A stretch of 63,800 bases of DNA from the NCBI GenBank assembly GCA_039927695.1, contig JBDSUM010000020.1, positions 1 through 63,800 on the forward strand, written 5' to 3'. A program made the translations under genes and the position numbers. Every line of letters begins with the position of its first letter. Position 1 is the stretch's first letter. Below are positions 36,049 to 44,550 of the stretch, piece after piece. The notes under the pieces are model-generated. The model worked only from the letters and a program-made list of their open reading frames with translations. It was not told the origin of the DNA and did no database searches. Origin of the DNA: Minisyncoccota bacterium (lineage in GTDB: Bacteria > Patescibacteriota > Minisyncoccia > Phycocordibacterales > Phycocordibacteraceae).

Positions 36049-36771
36049 CTAAATTTCATAAATAACGTCCTTTCGCTCAACGATTGTTTTCCAACCATGC
36101 TGCTGCGCATGACGATACAGCGCGCGATTCGGATTAAAGGCAATTGGTTCTTCTACAAGATCGAGCATTGAGATGTCGCTTTCTGTATCTCCAACCCCAA
36201 TCGAACCAGTGAGTGTTAGATTCTCTTTCTCGATAGCCCGCATAAGTGTTGCCGACTTATTCATGATGATGTGTTCGTCTTCAATCTCTCCGGTAAAACG
36301 TCCCGATGCACCAGTGGAATAGAACGTTCCATATGACTTATGAAACCCAAGTTCATACGCGAAACCATCGACAATGAATTTCGGTGAGCGAGAAACAGCA
36401 AGAAGGAAGTACCCTTTCTGTCGTAATTCTTTAATAAGATCGCGAGTGTACCGATACGTGCGATTATGTTTCTCTTCAATTATCTCACCAGCTATGTCTG
36501 CAACTTCCCCGTACGGCAATCCCTTTATATATTTTGCAAATGAAGCGACTACCTTTTGAATATACGGCTCGTAGTCACCGTTCCTATCCATCCAGTCTTG
36601 CTGCGCTTTCTCATATGCCGTGCGTGCTTCTTCAGGGATAACACCTCGCAGAATCATGCGGTCCACAAGCTCAATAAGGAGCGACGAACGAAAGACCGTT
36701 CCATCAATATCAAAGACTGCAACGGGTCGCTTTCCATCCATATGCGTATATCGTACCGCAATGCCAACCAT
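36049..36771 (-). CDS. HAD-IB family hydrolase (phosphoserine-phosphatase-like)
   Basis: 240 aa. VAVFDIDGTVFRSS, SRSPKF and GVGDTESD motifs. The start may be the internal MDGKRP at 36741. Confidence 0.75.
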   Translation of the reverse strand: MVGIAVRYTHMDGKRPVAVFDIDGTVFRSSLLIELVDRMILRGVIPEEARTAYEKAQQDWMDRNGDYEPYIQKVVASFAKYIKGLPYGEVADIAGEIIEEKHNRTYRYTRDLIKELRQKGYFLLAVSRSPKFIVDGFAYELGFHKSYGTFYSTGASGRFTGEIEDEHIIMNKSATLMRAIEKENLTLTGSIGVGDTESDISMLDLVEEPIAFNPNRALYRHAQQHGWKTIVERKDVIYEI

Positions 36772-36849
36772 ATTGATAAATTCTCAATTTGTTGTAATGT
36801 CTGTTGGTGGGTGTATTCACGCCTATAAGATAAAACTTGGGAGAAGATT

Positions 36850-37641
36850 GTGACAATAATAGCTGATCCTTGTGGATTCACGGCGATGGTAGACATCGCA
36901 ACCGACGACGCAGAAGGACTGTCGCGCATTAGCGACCTTCCGCTACTGAAAGTGGTAGTCATGCGAATCGCGCGCAGAATCTCCGTTGCAGGCGTTCTCG
37001 AGCGTATTGCCAATTCTCAGTACCAGACAGAACTCTTACTCTATTTGCCACACGTCTATGGCTCCAGCAGCCAAGAATTGTGGCCTATAGCAGACTGGCT
37101 GATCAACGATGAAGGCAATTCATTCGACGACGACCAATACCGGTTGTTCGCCAACCTCTATTGGACGACGTGTATTTGGGAGCACATAACGCACAAGGCA
37201 TATCGCACGGCATATAAGGCCATCCATAAGGCTTTTTGCGGGATTTCTTCGGGAGAAGATTTCTTGGACATTCTCTGGACACCACCAACGCCAGGTACGG
37301 TATTGGAGCTTCCTGCGACGGCAGAATGTTTGCGCACGATAGTGCACGAATTGCATGTCGCCATGTTCGGAGATCGGCTGGGCCACATCCATACTCTCGC
37401 GGCCGCGGGATCGGAATTGAGGTTTGGTTTTGGATCACACGAACCAAACGGCCTCCCTCTCGCATTTGCGTTAGGGTGGTATCGGGAACTTTCAGTTGAT
37501 CCCACAGATCCCGCCAAGGGATTACAATCAGAATGGGGATTTCCTGCGCTCGAGTTGATATCAATCGCGAAGTCCCTGGCACCGACCAAAAAGACTTGTG
37601 GAGGGAAAGGTCATCCGGCCGACTTGGCCTTCACTCACTGA
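36850..37641 (+). CDS. Orphan hypothetical protein (soluble, Trp/His-rich)
   Basis: 263-aa ORF with a GTG start preceded by SD GGGAG, and its own strong terminator. No family recognised. Confidence 0.55.
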   Translation: MTIIADPCGFTAMVDIATDDAEGLSRISDLPLLKVVVMRIARRISVAGVLERIANSQYQTELLLYLPHVYGSSSQELWPIADWLINDEGNSFDDDQYRLFANLYWTTCIWEHITHKAYRTAYKAIHKAFCGISSGEDFLDILWTPPTPGTVLELPATAECLRTIVHELHVAMFGDRLGHIHTLAAAGSELRFGFGSHEPNGLPLAFALGWYRELSVDPTDPAKGLQSEWGFPALELISIAKSLAPTKKTCGGKGHPADLAFTH

Positions 37642-37658
37642 GCTACTAGCTAGCTCTC

Positions 37659-37679
37659 CCGGACGTCTTAGACGTCCGG
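37659..37679 (+). terminator. Terminator of the orphan gene
   Basis: CCGGACGTC-TTA-GACGTCCGG, followed by TTTTATTTT. Confidence 0.8.
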
Positions 37680-37681
37680 TT

Positions 37682-38371
37682 TTATTTTGCTTTTGGCCAA
37701 CGAAATGCCGCTGGAGGCCATATCTTGGTTAGTGGATGCTCACTGCAATCATGTGGGCGCGCTGGGCAGACATAGCGTCCATACAGCACCAGACCGTTGT
37801 TTACATACTTCCAATCTGCTTTCAGGATAAGATTCTCAAGGTCTTTGGAAATCTTCGTGAGTACTGTCTTTTCAGTGAGATCAAAGCGAAGTGCAAAACG
37901 CCTCACATGAGTGTCAGTTGGGATTCCTTCCCATGTACTAAAAAGCTCACCCATAATTACGTGCGCTGACTTATACGCAATGCCTGGCAGACGCACAAGT
38001 TCTTCCTCTGTTTGCGGTACCTTTCCGCCAAATTCGTCGCGTATCATTTTCGCAGTTGCGATCATATGCTTAGACTTTGTTCGGTAATACGTAATACCCT
38101 TTGTTTCTTCTGAGAGAGTTTCCCAATCCGCTTCGGCAAAGTCGTCAACCGTTTGGTATTTCTTATAGAGTGTTTCGGTCAATTGATTAACCTTTTTGTC
38201 GGTGCACTGAGCAGACATCATGACTGCAGCCAAAAGTTGGAACTGTGTTTTGTATTTCAACTCAGTTTTTGGAACAGAGTATTCCTTTTTCAAATACGCA
38301 ACTATTTTGCGCGCCCGAGCTTTTCTCTCTTCGTGTGAACTTAGTACTGGGAGTGCGCCCGTTACGGTCAT
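37682..38371 (-). CDS. nth: Endonuclease III (Nth)-like HhH-GPD glycosylase with an incomplete Fe-S ligand set
   Basis: 229 aa. MSAQCTDKKVN, LPGIAYKSAHVIMGE (catalytic Lys) and DTHVRRF. The C-terminus CPARPHDCSEH has only 2 of the 4 cluster Cys. Confidence 0.8.
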   Translation of the reverse strand: MTVTGALPVLSSHEERKARARKIVAYLKKEYSVPKTELKYKTQFQLLAAVMMSAQCTDKKVNQLTETLYKKYQTVDDFAEADWETLSEETKGITYYRTKSKHMIATAKMIRDEFGGKVPQTEEELVRLPGIAYKSAHVIMGELFSTWEGIPTDTHVRRFALRFDLTEKTVLTKISKDLENLILKADWKYVNNGLVLYGRYVCPARPHDCSEHPLTKIWPPAAFRWPKAK

Positions 38372-38853
38372 GCCAATTCTTTCAAGTCAGCGAGGACCTC
38401 TGCTGCATGCACTTCAGGCTTCACACCTTCATATACTTTCGCAATAGTGCCATCCGGAGCTATCAAGAACGACGTACGGGATACACCATCGTATTCGCGA
38501 CCCATAAACTTCTTCTTTCCCCATACGCCATATACTGAAGCAACCTTATGACCTTCGTCTGCTAACAGTGTAAATGGGAGATTGTATTTCTGTACAAACT
38601 TTGCGTGACTCTTTACCGTGTCTGGCGAAATACCAAGAACGACAGCGCTCGCACCCGTGAAGTCAGGAAATGCATCGCGAATGGCACACGCTTCTTTAGT
38701 GCAACCAGGAGTGTCGTCTTTTGGATAGAAATACATGAGAACGTACTTGCCGCGATATTTTTCAAGCGCATGCATGATTCCCTCTTGATCTTGTAATTCA
38801 AAAGAAGGTGCTAGCGATCCGACTGAAGGTAGTTTTGTTGGTGTAGATTCCAT
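38368..38853 (-). CDS. bcp: Thioredoxin-dependent peroxiredoxin Bcp
   Basis: 161 aa. FYPKDDTPGCTKEAC motif. Its stop overlaps the nth start by 4 nt (38368-38371). Confidence 0.9.
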   Translation of the reverse strand: MESTPTKLPSVGSLAPSFELQDQEGIMHALEKYRGKYVLMYFYPKDDTPGCTKEACAIRDAFPDFTGASAVVLGISPDTVKSHAKFVQKYNLPFTLLADEGHKVASVYGVWGKKKFMGREYDGVSRTSFLIAPDGTIAKVYEGVKPEVHAAEVLADLKELA

Positions 38854-38864
38854 AAGTGTATGAA

Positions 38865-40061
38865 TTATGAGTACCTGTCTATATCAAACCGGTGAGTCTG
38901 GAAAGCAAACATATACGCAAGAGCAGCGATACTTCCAGCGGCAATAGCGGTTAGTAGTAATGAAATAATAAGACCAATCATCGGTATGAGGCTTATCGCA
39001 TAGAGCACAAGCGTACCTATAACGGCGTCACGCCAGGTAAAGACATGAATGCCTCGCAGTCGGTAGAGCACAAACACACGTAGTACTGCCCCTACAAGTA
39101 TGCCCGCAAATACATATCCGAGTAGTGCCAAGAGCGCGTAGAGAGCGCTCAGTAAGAGTGCGAGACCACTACCAACGAATGATATAAAGAGAAGCAATAT
39201 GAATATCGGTGTTGCAACGAAGAGTCCGAAGCCGAGCAACCCAGTGAGAACAAGTTTACGTGGTTCTATGGGAAGCACGAAATCAATTACAGCATCTGCA
39301 AATAGTGGGAAAAGACCAACGAGAAGTCCTGCCACAATGATGGTTGCGAGCACGCGAACAATAAAGAAGATACCTGCGCCGGCAAGCGCATAGCGCTGTG
39401 CCTCTTCATTTGTTGGCACATACGCATATGAGCCGGTATACATGATGGTACCAGTAATTGTGCTATCTGCGGGTATAGTCACCTGCTGTGGTGCGTTGTA
39501 ATGAAGATTCCCTATAATGTGCGTGTCACTTCCTAAAATGAATCTATTAGACGCAACAACAGTAACGTTTCCCCCATACGTACCAGAAAGAGTTACGTTT
39601 GCGCCATAGATAGTTACGTCACCGGTAGAGCCGCCTGAAGCCTCAACCGTTCCAGCGAGCGCAAAAAGGTTTGCTGAGTGACCAGAGACAATAACTGACC
39701 CACCTGCAACAGCGATATCTCCTCCAGCATCTCCACTCACTGTTACGCGTCCACCAAATGCACGAACATTACTACCAACAGGCTTCTCCACGAGCACCGT
39801 TCCACCTGTTGAAAGCACGTCACCAGCTATAGGTGCGTATATATCGATTACTCCGCCAAATGCAGTGAGGTCTCCTGTTACGGGAGCGGTAATAGTTACC
39901 TGCGTATCAGCAACGTATGTATTAGGTGATGATTTATGCGTAGTAGTGGCAACATCAGTAGTTGCTGTGTCTAGAGATTTTTCTTGAGCGAGAACACTAA
40001 CGGGAACTACCCCGCTCATGAGCAGAAGTGCTAGGGGGAGAAAGAAAGTAATGCGCTTCAT
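38865..40061 (-). CDS. Secreted beta-helix-repeat protein with a C-terminal multi-TM anchor (bactofilin-like repeats)
   Basis: 398 aa with a signal peptide. Repeats of G(G/D)xVxVxG type (GDLTAFGGVIDIYAPIAGDV..., GGRVTVSGDAGGDIAVAGGSVIVSG), then about 5 TM helices. Confidence 0.55.
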   Translation of the reverse strand: MKRITFFLPLALLLMSGVVPVSVLAQEKSLDTATTDVATTTHKSSPNTYVADTQVTITAPVTGDLTAFGGVIDIYAPIAGDVLSTGGTVLVEKPVGSNVRAFGGRVTVSGDAGGDIAVAGGSVIVSGHSANLFALAGTVEASGGSTGDVTIYGANVTLSGTYGGNVTVVASNRFILGSDTHIIGNLHYNAPQQVTIPADSTITGTIMYTGSYAYVPTNEEAQRYALAGAGIFFIVRVLATIIVAGLLVGLFPLFADAVIDFVLPIEPRKLVLTGLLGFGLFVATPIFILLLFISFVGSGLALLLSALYALLALLGYVFAGILVGAVLRVFVLYRLRGIHVFTWRDAVIGTLVLYAISLIPMIGLIISLLLTAIAAGSIAALAYMFAFQTHRFDIDRYS

Positions 40062-40064
40062 AGC

Positions 40065-40517
40065 TTATGCGACTACTGCAATGCGATGTGGCATATACCG
40101 ACGATAGAGTATGAGCGCACATACAAAAATAAGGAGTGAGATCACAAATGAACCGAGACAATAAATGCACAAAGCTTTAATCACAAAGATCTGCAATCCA
40201 ATGAAGTAGACCGAGGAGAGAAAACCGAGAATGGCAACGACAAAAAGTGCATGATAAAAGTGTCGCTTTGAAATGATCAGCAAAAGTCCTGAGAGCATGA
40301 ATAAGAATGCATAGAACACTACGCCATACACGGCAAGAGGAATACCAAGAACACGCGAATGAGCACTTTGCGCTACAACATTGCAGCCATCGAGCACTGA
40401 GTCGATACCGCACGAGAGCGCTGATCCAGTGAGCGCGCTGTGAGCCAGATAGGTGGCATCAGCGAGTCCGAGGAACGCTAGCACGAGAATAAGAGTTAGT
40501 AAGGCCGTTCGGCTCAT
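40065..40517 (-). CDS. Vitamin K epoxide reductase (VKOR) family protein
   Basis: 150 aa with 4 TM helices. Loop Cys pair SCGIDSVLDGC and the CIYC (CxxC) motif in the last TM. Confidence 0.75.
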   Translation of the reverse strand: MSRTALLTLILVLAFLGLADATYLAHSALTGSALSCGIDSVLDGCNVVAQSAHSRVLGIPLAVYGVVFYAFLFMLSGLLLIISKRHFYHALFVVAILGFLSSVYFIGLQIFVIKALCIYCLGSFVISLLIFVCALILYRRYMPHRIAVVA

Positions 40518-40604
40518 ATACCAGTATTCTACCCCTTCATGAACGCCTGTCTATAACACAATTTCGCTGTGCGAAAGTACGTGATAGGAATATACTTATC
40601 CTAT

Positions 40605-41006
40605 ATGGAAATAAACGAAGAAGAACTCAAGTCGACCCTTACCCCAGAGGAATATCAGGTTCTGCGTGAAGGAGGCACAGAAGCTCCCTTCAAGGGCGAA
40701 TACGTCAATAACCATGACGATGGCATGTACCACTGCAAAGTATGCGGCGTGGCGCTCTTTAGTTCAGACGCTAAGTTCGACTCGAAGAGTGGTTGGCCGT
40801 CATTTACTGATCCTGCTGTTGCAGAGAACGTAGGACTTCGTAGCGACGACGCTCATGGCATGCACCGTACCGAAGTCTTCTGCAAGAACTGTGGCAGCCA
40901 CCTCGGCCATGTTTTTGACGATGGCCCTGCAGACAAAGGTGGAAAACGATACTGCATCAACTCCATTTGTCTTGATTTTGAGAAGGACGAGAAGCCAGCT
41001 ACGTAG
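40605..41006 (+). CDS. msrB: Peptide-methionine (R)-S-oxide reductase MsrB
   Basis: 133 aa from MEINEEELK. CKVCGVALF..GWPSF, CKNCGSHLGHVF and RYCINS. Confidence 0.9.
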   Translation: MEINEEELKSTLTPEEYQVLREGGTEAPFKGEYVNNHDDGMYHCKVCGVALFSSDAKFDSKSGWPSFTDPAVAENVGLRSDDAHGMHRTEVFCKNCGSHLGHVFDDGPADKGGKRYCINSICLDFEKDEKPAT

Positions 41007-41133
41007 TGAAACCTTTTTGAGACTGGTGCAGTTGTAATGGGTGGAGGAAGTAGCGCAGCACTTTAGAGACCAAGGAATTGTCTCGTCGTCGTGAGCAAGT
41101 TCACACGACTTATTATTCTTAATCTCTAACCGT

Positions 41134-41373
41134 ATGCCTATCTTTCGCGCGATCGGGTTTGGAGTATTACTTATAATCCTCCGCATCATGATCCCCTCCG
41201 TCCTTTCCGAAGGTGAGCAAACTGCTATATCGTTTCTGCATGGCGCTCGCGTCTCCGCAGATACTATGTCGCAAATTGCTGGTACTGCTGGAAGCGCATC
41301 TGCACTTTCATCACTACCACCACTCATCTATCCTCAAGCGCCGACAACTCTTCCCTTGTCAGCCCTTCCCTAA
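41134..41373 (+). CDS. Hypothetical small membrane/secreted protein
   Basis: 79 aa with an N-terminal TM (AIGFGVLLIILRIMIPSVL). It is followed by its own terminator. Confidence 0.45.
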   Translation: MPIFRAIGFGVLLIILRIMIPSVLSEGEQTAISFLHGARVSADTMSQIAGTAGSASALSSLPPLIYPQAPTTLPLSALP

Positions 41374-41385
41374 ACCTTCTCTTAC

Positions 41386-41407
41386 AACCGGATGCTTGCG
41401 TCCGGTT
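41386..41407 (+). terminator. Terminator of the 41134-41373 gene
   Basis: AACCGGATGC..GCGTCCGGTT hairpin, followed by TTTTTCTTTT. Confidence 0.65.
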
Positions 41408-41430
41408 TTTCTTTTCTATACGTATAAAGC

Positions 41431-41458
41431 AAAAGGCGCAGCTTTCGCTGCGCCTTTT
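41431..41458 (-). terminator. Terminator of the DUF4383 gene
   Basis: AAAAGGCGCAGC-TTTC-GCTGCGCCTTTT. Confidence 0.8.
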
Positions 41459-41477
41459 GCAAACGTGAGAACCGTAC

Positions 41478-41870
41478 TTACATCGGCATTCCAGAAGCAG
41501 TCGTCATAGAAGGCTTGCTGGAAATAATTCCACCGATAAGGAGAACGACACCGAGCACAACATGGAGCCAGTGGTCAGCTGTGTTCATCATAACGAGGCT
41601 AAGCAATGCGCCGCCTGAAGGAACCAAGATGAATCCGAGCACCGCAAGGAGCAAGTAGATAACACCAAAGACTTTGAGCCAAAGCGCAGACTTCTCTGGT
41701 GCTGACATTGCTACGATGAGAAGAACGACACCAATGAGCAAGTGCACAATATTATGGAGCGTATCCGTAACAAAGAGTGCTGTCGAACCGACAAGCGGGT
41801 TCGGAATGAAGCCGAGAACACCGACGAGAACAAAAACGATACCGAACAGAACTGCAAGCTTTTTAGCCAT
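41478..41870 (-). CDS. DUF4383-like small membrane protein
   Basis: 130 aa from MAKKLAVLFGIVFVLVGVLGFIP. 4 TM helices with conserved His (NIVHLLIG, HWLHVVLG). Confidence 0.65.
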   Translation of the reverse strand: MAKKLAVLFGIVFVLVGVLGFIPNPLVGSTALFVTDTLHNIVHLLIGVVLLIVAMSAPEKSALWLKVFGVIYLLLAVLGFILVPSGGALLSLVMMNTADHWLHVVLGVVLLIGGIISSKPSMTTASGMPM

Positions 41871-41983
41871 AGTAAGTAGTTGTGATAAGTAGCTGATAAA
41901 GGCTGGTGCCCTATCAGATGTAAGTATACTCCTCGCTTCATGAAGGTTTAGAGAATGTAGTACCCCTGTGGATATCACCTATA

Positions 41984-43087
41984 TTGATGCCGTGGACAGT
42001 AGTCCCAGACGTAAGCAATACGCGGTATGCTAGGCATATGAATCACTCATCTGTCAGGCCGTATTTTCTTACCGCCATTATCTTACTCGTGCTCGTTGTT
42101 ACCTACTGGATTTTCAAGCCGTTCCTTATCGCCCTATCATTGGCTGCCGTTTTTGCTGTCATATTGCGACCAGTCTATAGACGCATCTTACGAATGATGC
42201 CGAAGTGGCGTGGGAGCGCTGCCATACTTGCTCTCGTTGTTGGTGTTATCTGCATACTCGTACCCCTCAGCTTTATTGGCTTCGAACTCTTTTCACAAAC
42301 GAAGAGTGTCTATTCTTCGGTTTCTGGGCCTGGAGCATTGGTACACCTTCAACACTTGGCAGATTCTGCTGCGCAACATCTCGACCCTATTGCTCCCAGC
42401 GCAGCCGCCCGCGCACGTGCTCTTCCCGAAGATATTCGAGGGTATTCAAGCCAAATCTTTAGTCTCGTGCTTGCAAATGCAGCAGGAGCGTTCACTCAGG
42501 TTCTCGACGTACTATTGAAGTTCTTCATATTCTTCCTAGCGCTCTTCTTCTTCCTTAAGGAGAATGTGAAAACCCACGAAGCGGTTCTACGTCTTTCACC
42601 TCTTACCGATGAAGAAACAGACGCTATCCTTTCCAAGCTTGCTCTCACCGTTAACTCAGTTGTTAAAGGTAGTCTCTTCGTTGGGGTTATTCAAGGTATT
42701 CTTGCGTGTATCGGCTTTACGGTCTTCGGTCTTCCTAACAGCATTCTGTGGGGCACCATAACAGGCTTTGCTGCATTCGTTCCTGGAATCGGCACGTCAC
42801 TCGTACTTATTCCGAGTATTGCGTACCTCTTTATCGTCGGGCACACATTGCCGGCAATTGGATTGTTGCTTTGGAGTATGTTCGCTATTGGCCTCGTAGA
42901 CAACTTCCTCAATCCAAAGATAATTGGGAATCGTATGAGCATTCACCCGCTTATCATTCTTCTCTCCGTACTTGGTGGTCTCGTCTTCTATGGCCCCGCA
43001 GGAGTCTTCCTTGGCCCCCTTACTGTGAGCTTGCTCGTAAGTCTTCTCTCAATATACGCTCCTGATGATACAAAGAAGGTGTCGTAA
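41984..43087 (+). CDS. AI-2E family transporter (PerM/UPF0118)
   Basis: Multi-TM protein of 350-367 aa. The C-terminal half has VVKGSLFVGVIQGILACIGF..VPGIGT..GLVDNFLNPKIIG. The start is uncertain (41984 TTG, 41987 ATG or 42038 ATG). Confidence 0.8.
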   Translation: MMPWTVVPDVSNTRYARHMNHSSVRPYFLTAIILLVLVVTYWIFKPFLIALSLAAVFAVILRPVYRRILRMMPKWRGSAAILALVVGVICILVPLSFIGFELFSQTKSVYSSVSGPGALVHLQHLADSAAQHLDPIAPSAAARARALPEDIRGYSSQIFSLVLANAAGAFTQVLDVLLKFFIFFLALFFFLKENVKTHEAVLRLSPLTDEETDAILSKLALTVNSVVKGSLFVGVIQGILACIGFTVFGLPNSILWGTITGFAAFVPGIGTSLVLIPSIAYLFIVGHTLPAIGLLLWSMFAIGLVDNFLNPKIIGNRMSIHPLIILLSVLGGLVFYGPAGVFLGPLTVSLLVSLLSIYAPDDTKKVS

Positions 43088-43094
43088 GGAACGT

Positions 43095-43736
43095 CTATTT
43101 CCCAAAATTAATAACTGAACGTGGGAGCATGAATACCACCGACAGCCAGAAGAGGCCAAGCAGGAATCCTGCTATAACGTCGGTGAAGTAGTGGTAGTTC
43201 AATACCATGCGGCTAAAGCCGATCATAAATATTAGAAGACCAGGTATAAGAACTGAAAGCGTCTTTGCAAGCGTTGAGTTTGCTCGACGATACAGAGAAA
43301 CTGCTATGAACCCATAGAATGCCATTGAGAGTGTTGAGTGACCGCTGGGAAATGAGAAAGAAGACTCCGGGGTGAGCCAGGTGAGTACTTCAGGGCGTGC
43401 CCGTGCCACAAAGAGTTTGGCAGCGTCGACCGAGAGTCCTGCACCTGCGAGAAGTACTACGAGCCGGACAATGCTTGCACGGCTGGTACGTAAAAAGAAT
43501 GCCGCGCCAAGTGCTAGGATAGCGACACCAAGCACGCTTCCTAACGTCGTAATTGCCAAGAAGATTTCAGTTGTACCAAAAGACTGCAACCAGATTATGT
43601 GAGGACTAACAATGCTATCAACGTCTTCGAGAATATCGGGAGAATATCGTGCGAATATAAGCATCTTCGCAAAGACGAAGCCGGAAAGAATTGAGACAGC
43701 GAGCCATGGCGATTTGGAATGTAGTACTTTAGACAT
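43095..43736 (-). CDS. PAP2-family phosphatase
   Basis: 213 aa from MSKVLHSK. Motifs KLFVARARP, SFPSGHS and SRMVLNYHYFTDV. The longer track ORF contains the DsbA-gene terminator hairpin. Confidence 0.8.
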   Translation of the reverse strand: MSKVLHSKSPWLAVSILSGFVFAKMLIFARYSPDILEDVDSIVSPHIIWLQSFGTTEIFLAITTLGSVLGVAILALGAAFFLRTSRASIVRLVVLLAGAGLSVDAAKLFVARARPEVLTWLTPESSFSFPSGHSTLSMAFYGFIAVSLYRRANSTLAKTLSVLIPGLLIFMIGFSRMVLNYHYFTDVIAGFLLGLFWLSVVFMLPRSVINFGK

Positions 43737-43755
43737 TTGCCTATCATACCAAGCC

Positions 43756-43787
43756 AAAAGGCCTGTTCCCTTGGGAACAGGCCTTTT
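43756..43787 (-). terminator. Terminator of the DsbA-like gene
   Basis: AAAAGGCCTGTTCCC..GGGAACAGGCCTTTT. Confidence 0.8.
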
Positions 43788-43807
43788 GTTGCGAACAAGC
43801 ATTCTCA

Positions 43808-44527
43808 CTACTTAAGTTCTTTGTTTATCTCTCCAGAGATTCCTGCGTAGAACTGATCAGGAGACATACCGGTGAAGAGCGACTTTCCAACAATGATACT
43901 TGGCGTACCATTGATACCCTGCGCCGCACCTTCGGCGCGGCTTGCGTCAATGAGCTTAATATAGTCACTGCCCTTACTCTTTACGAGTGCATCAACTTTT
44001 GCAACATCGAGTCCAGGAATAGTCTTTGCAAGCGCATCGATAGTCGACATCTTACCAAAGCCCTTATCCCCTTCCTCATCCTGTGCATTAAACATAGCTA
44101 CGTACCATTCGTAGAACTTGTCTGGCTGTGACTCCCAAAGTGCGCGTCCAAAGACCGCAGCATCAAGTGAGTCATTGCCCAAGAACTGGAAGTCCTTGAT
44201 AACAATCTTCAACTTTCCAGTTTTAACGTAATTAGTGAATAGTTGTGGCGATACTACCTGCTCAAACTGCTTACAGAATGGGCACTGGTAGTCATAGAAG
44301 AGCGCCATCGTGACAGGCGCATGTGCGTCTCCAATGAATGGCTCTCCTTCAGTCGTTATCTTAGAGATATCAGCAGCAGGAGCTTTGGTTGTGTCGGTAG
44401 GTGCAGTTGCGCCTCCCATACCGCGTCCATAAATAAAGGCGAAGGCGATGATAACCGCTGCCACAATCAACGCGATGGGCGTGAGGTAGCGATCGAGAAA
44501 AGCCTTGGTGTCGTTTGTTGTTTCCAT
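43808..44527 (-). CDS. DsbA-family thiol:disulfide oxidoreductase, membrane-anchored
   Basis: 239 aa with an N-terminal TM. FYDYQCPFCKQF (CPFC) and GINGTPSIIVG. Confidence 0.85.
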   Translation of the reverse strand: METTNDTKAFLDRYLTPIALIVAAVIIAFAFIYGRGMGGATAPTDTTKAPAADISKITTEGEPFIGDAHAPVTMALFYDYQCPFCKQFEQVVSPQLFTNYVKTGKLKIVIKDFQFLGNDSLDAAVFGRALWESQPDKFYEWYVAMFNAQDEEGDKGFGKMSTIDALAKTIPGLDVAKVDALVKSKGSDYIKLIDASRAEGAAQGINGTPSIIVGKSLFTGMSPDQFYAGISGEINKELK

Positions 44528-44550
44528 GAGTACGTTCCTATCTTAATTAC

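Noticed and set aside
37103-37589. Three overlapping minus-strand ORFs (159, 90 and 143 aa) opposite the orphan gene.
   Set aside because: They overlap one another in different frames, lack start context and terminators, and translate to Arg/Pro-rich sequence. The plus-strand ORF has an SD and a terminator.
43737-43808. A longer GTG or ATG start for the PAP2 phosphatase that overlaps the DsbA stop.
   Set aside because: The extension contains the strong terminator hairpin of the DsbA-like gene (43756-43787). The ATG at 43736 gives a normal PAP2 N-terminus.
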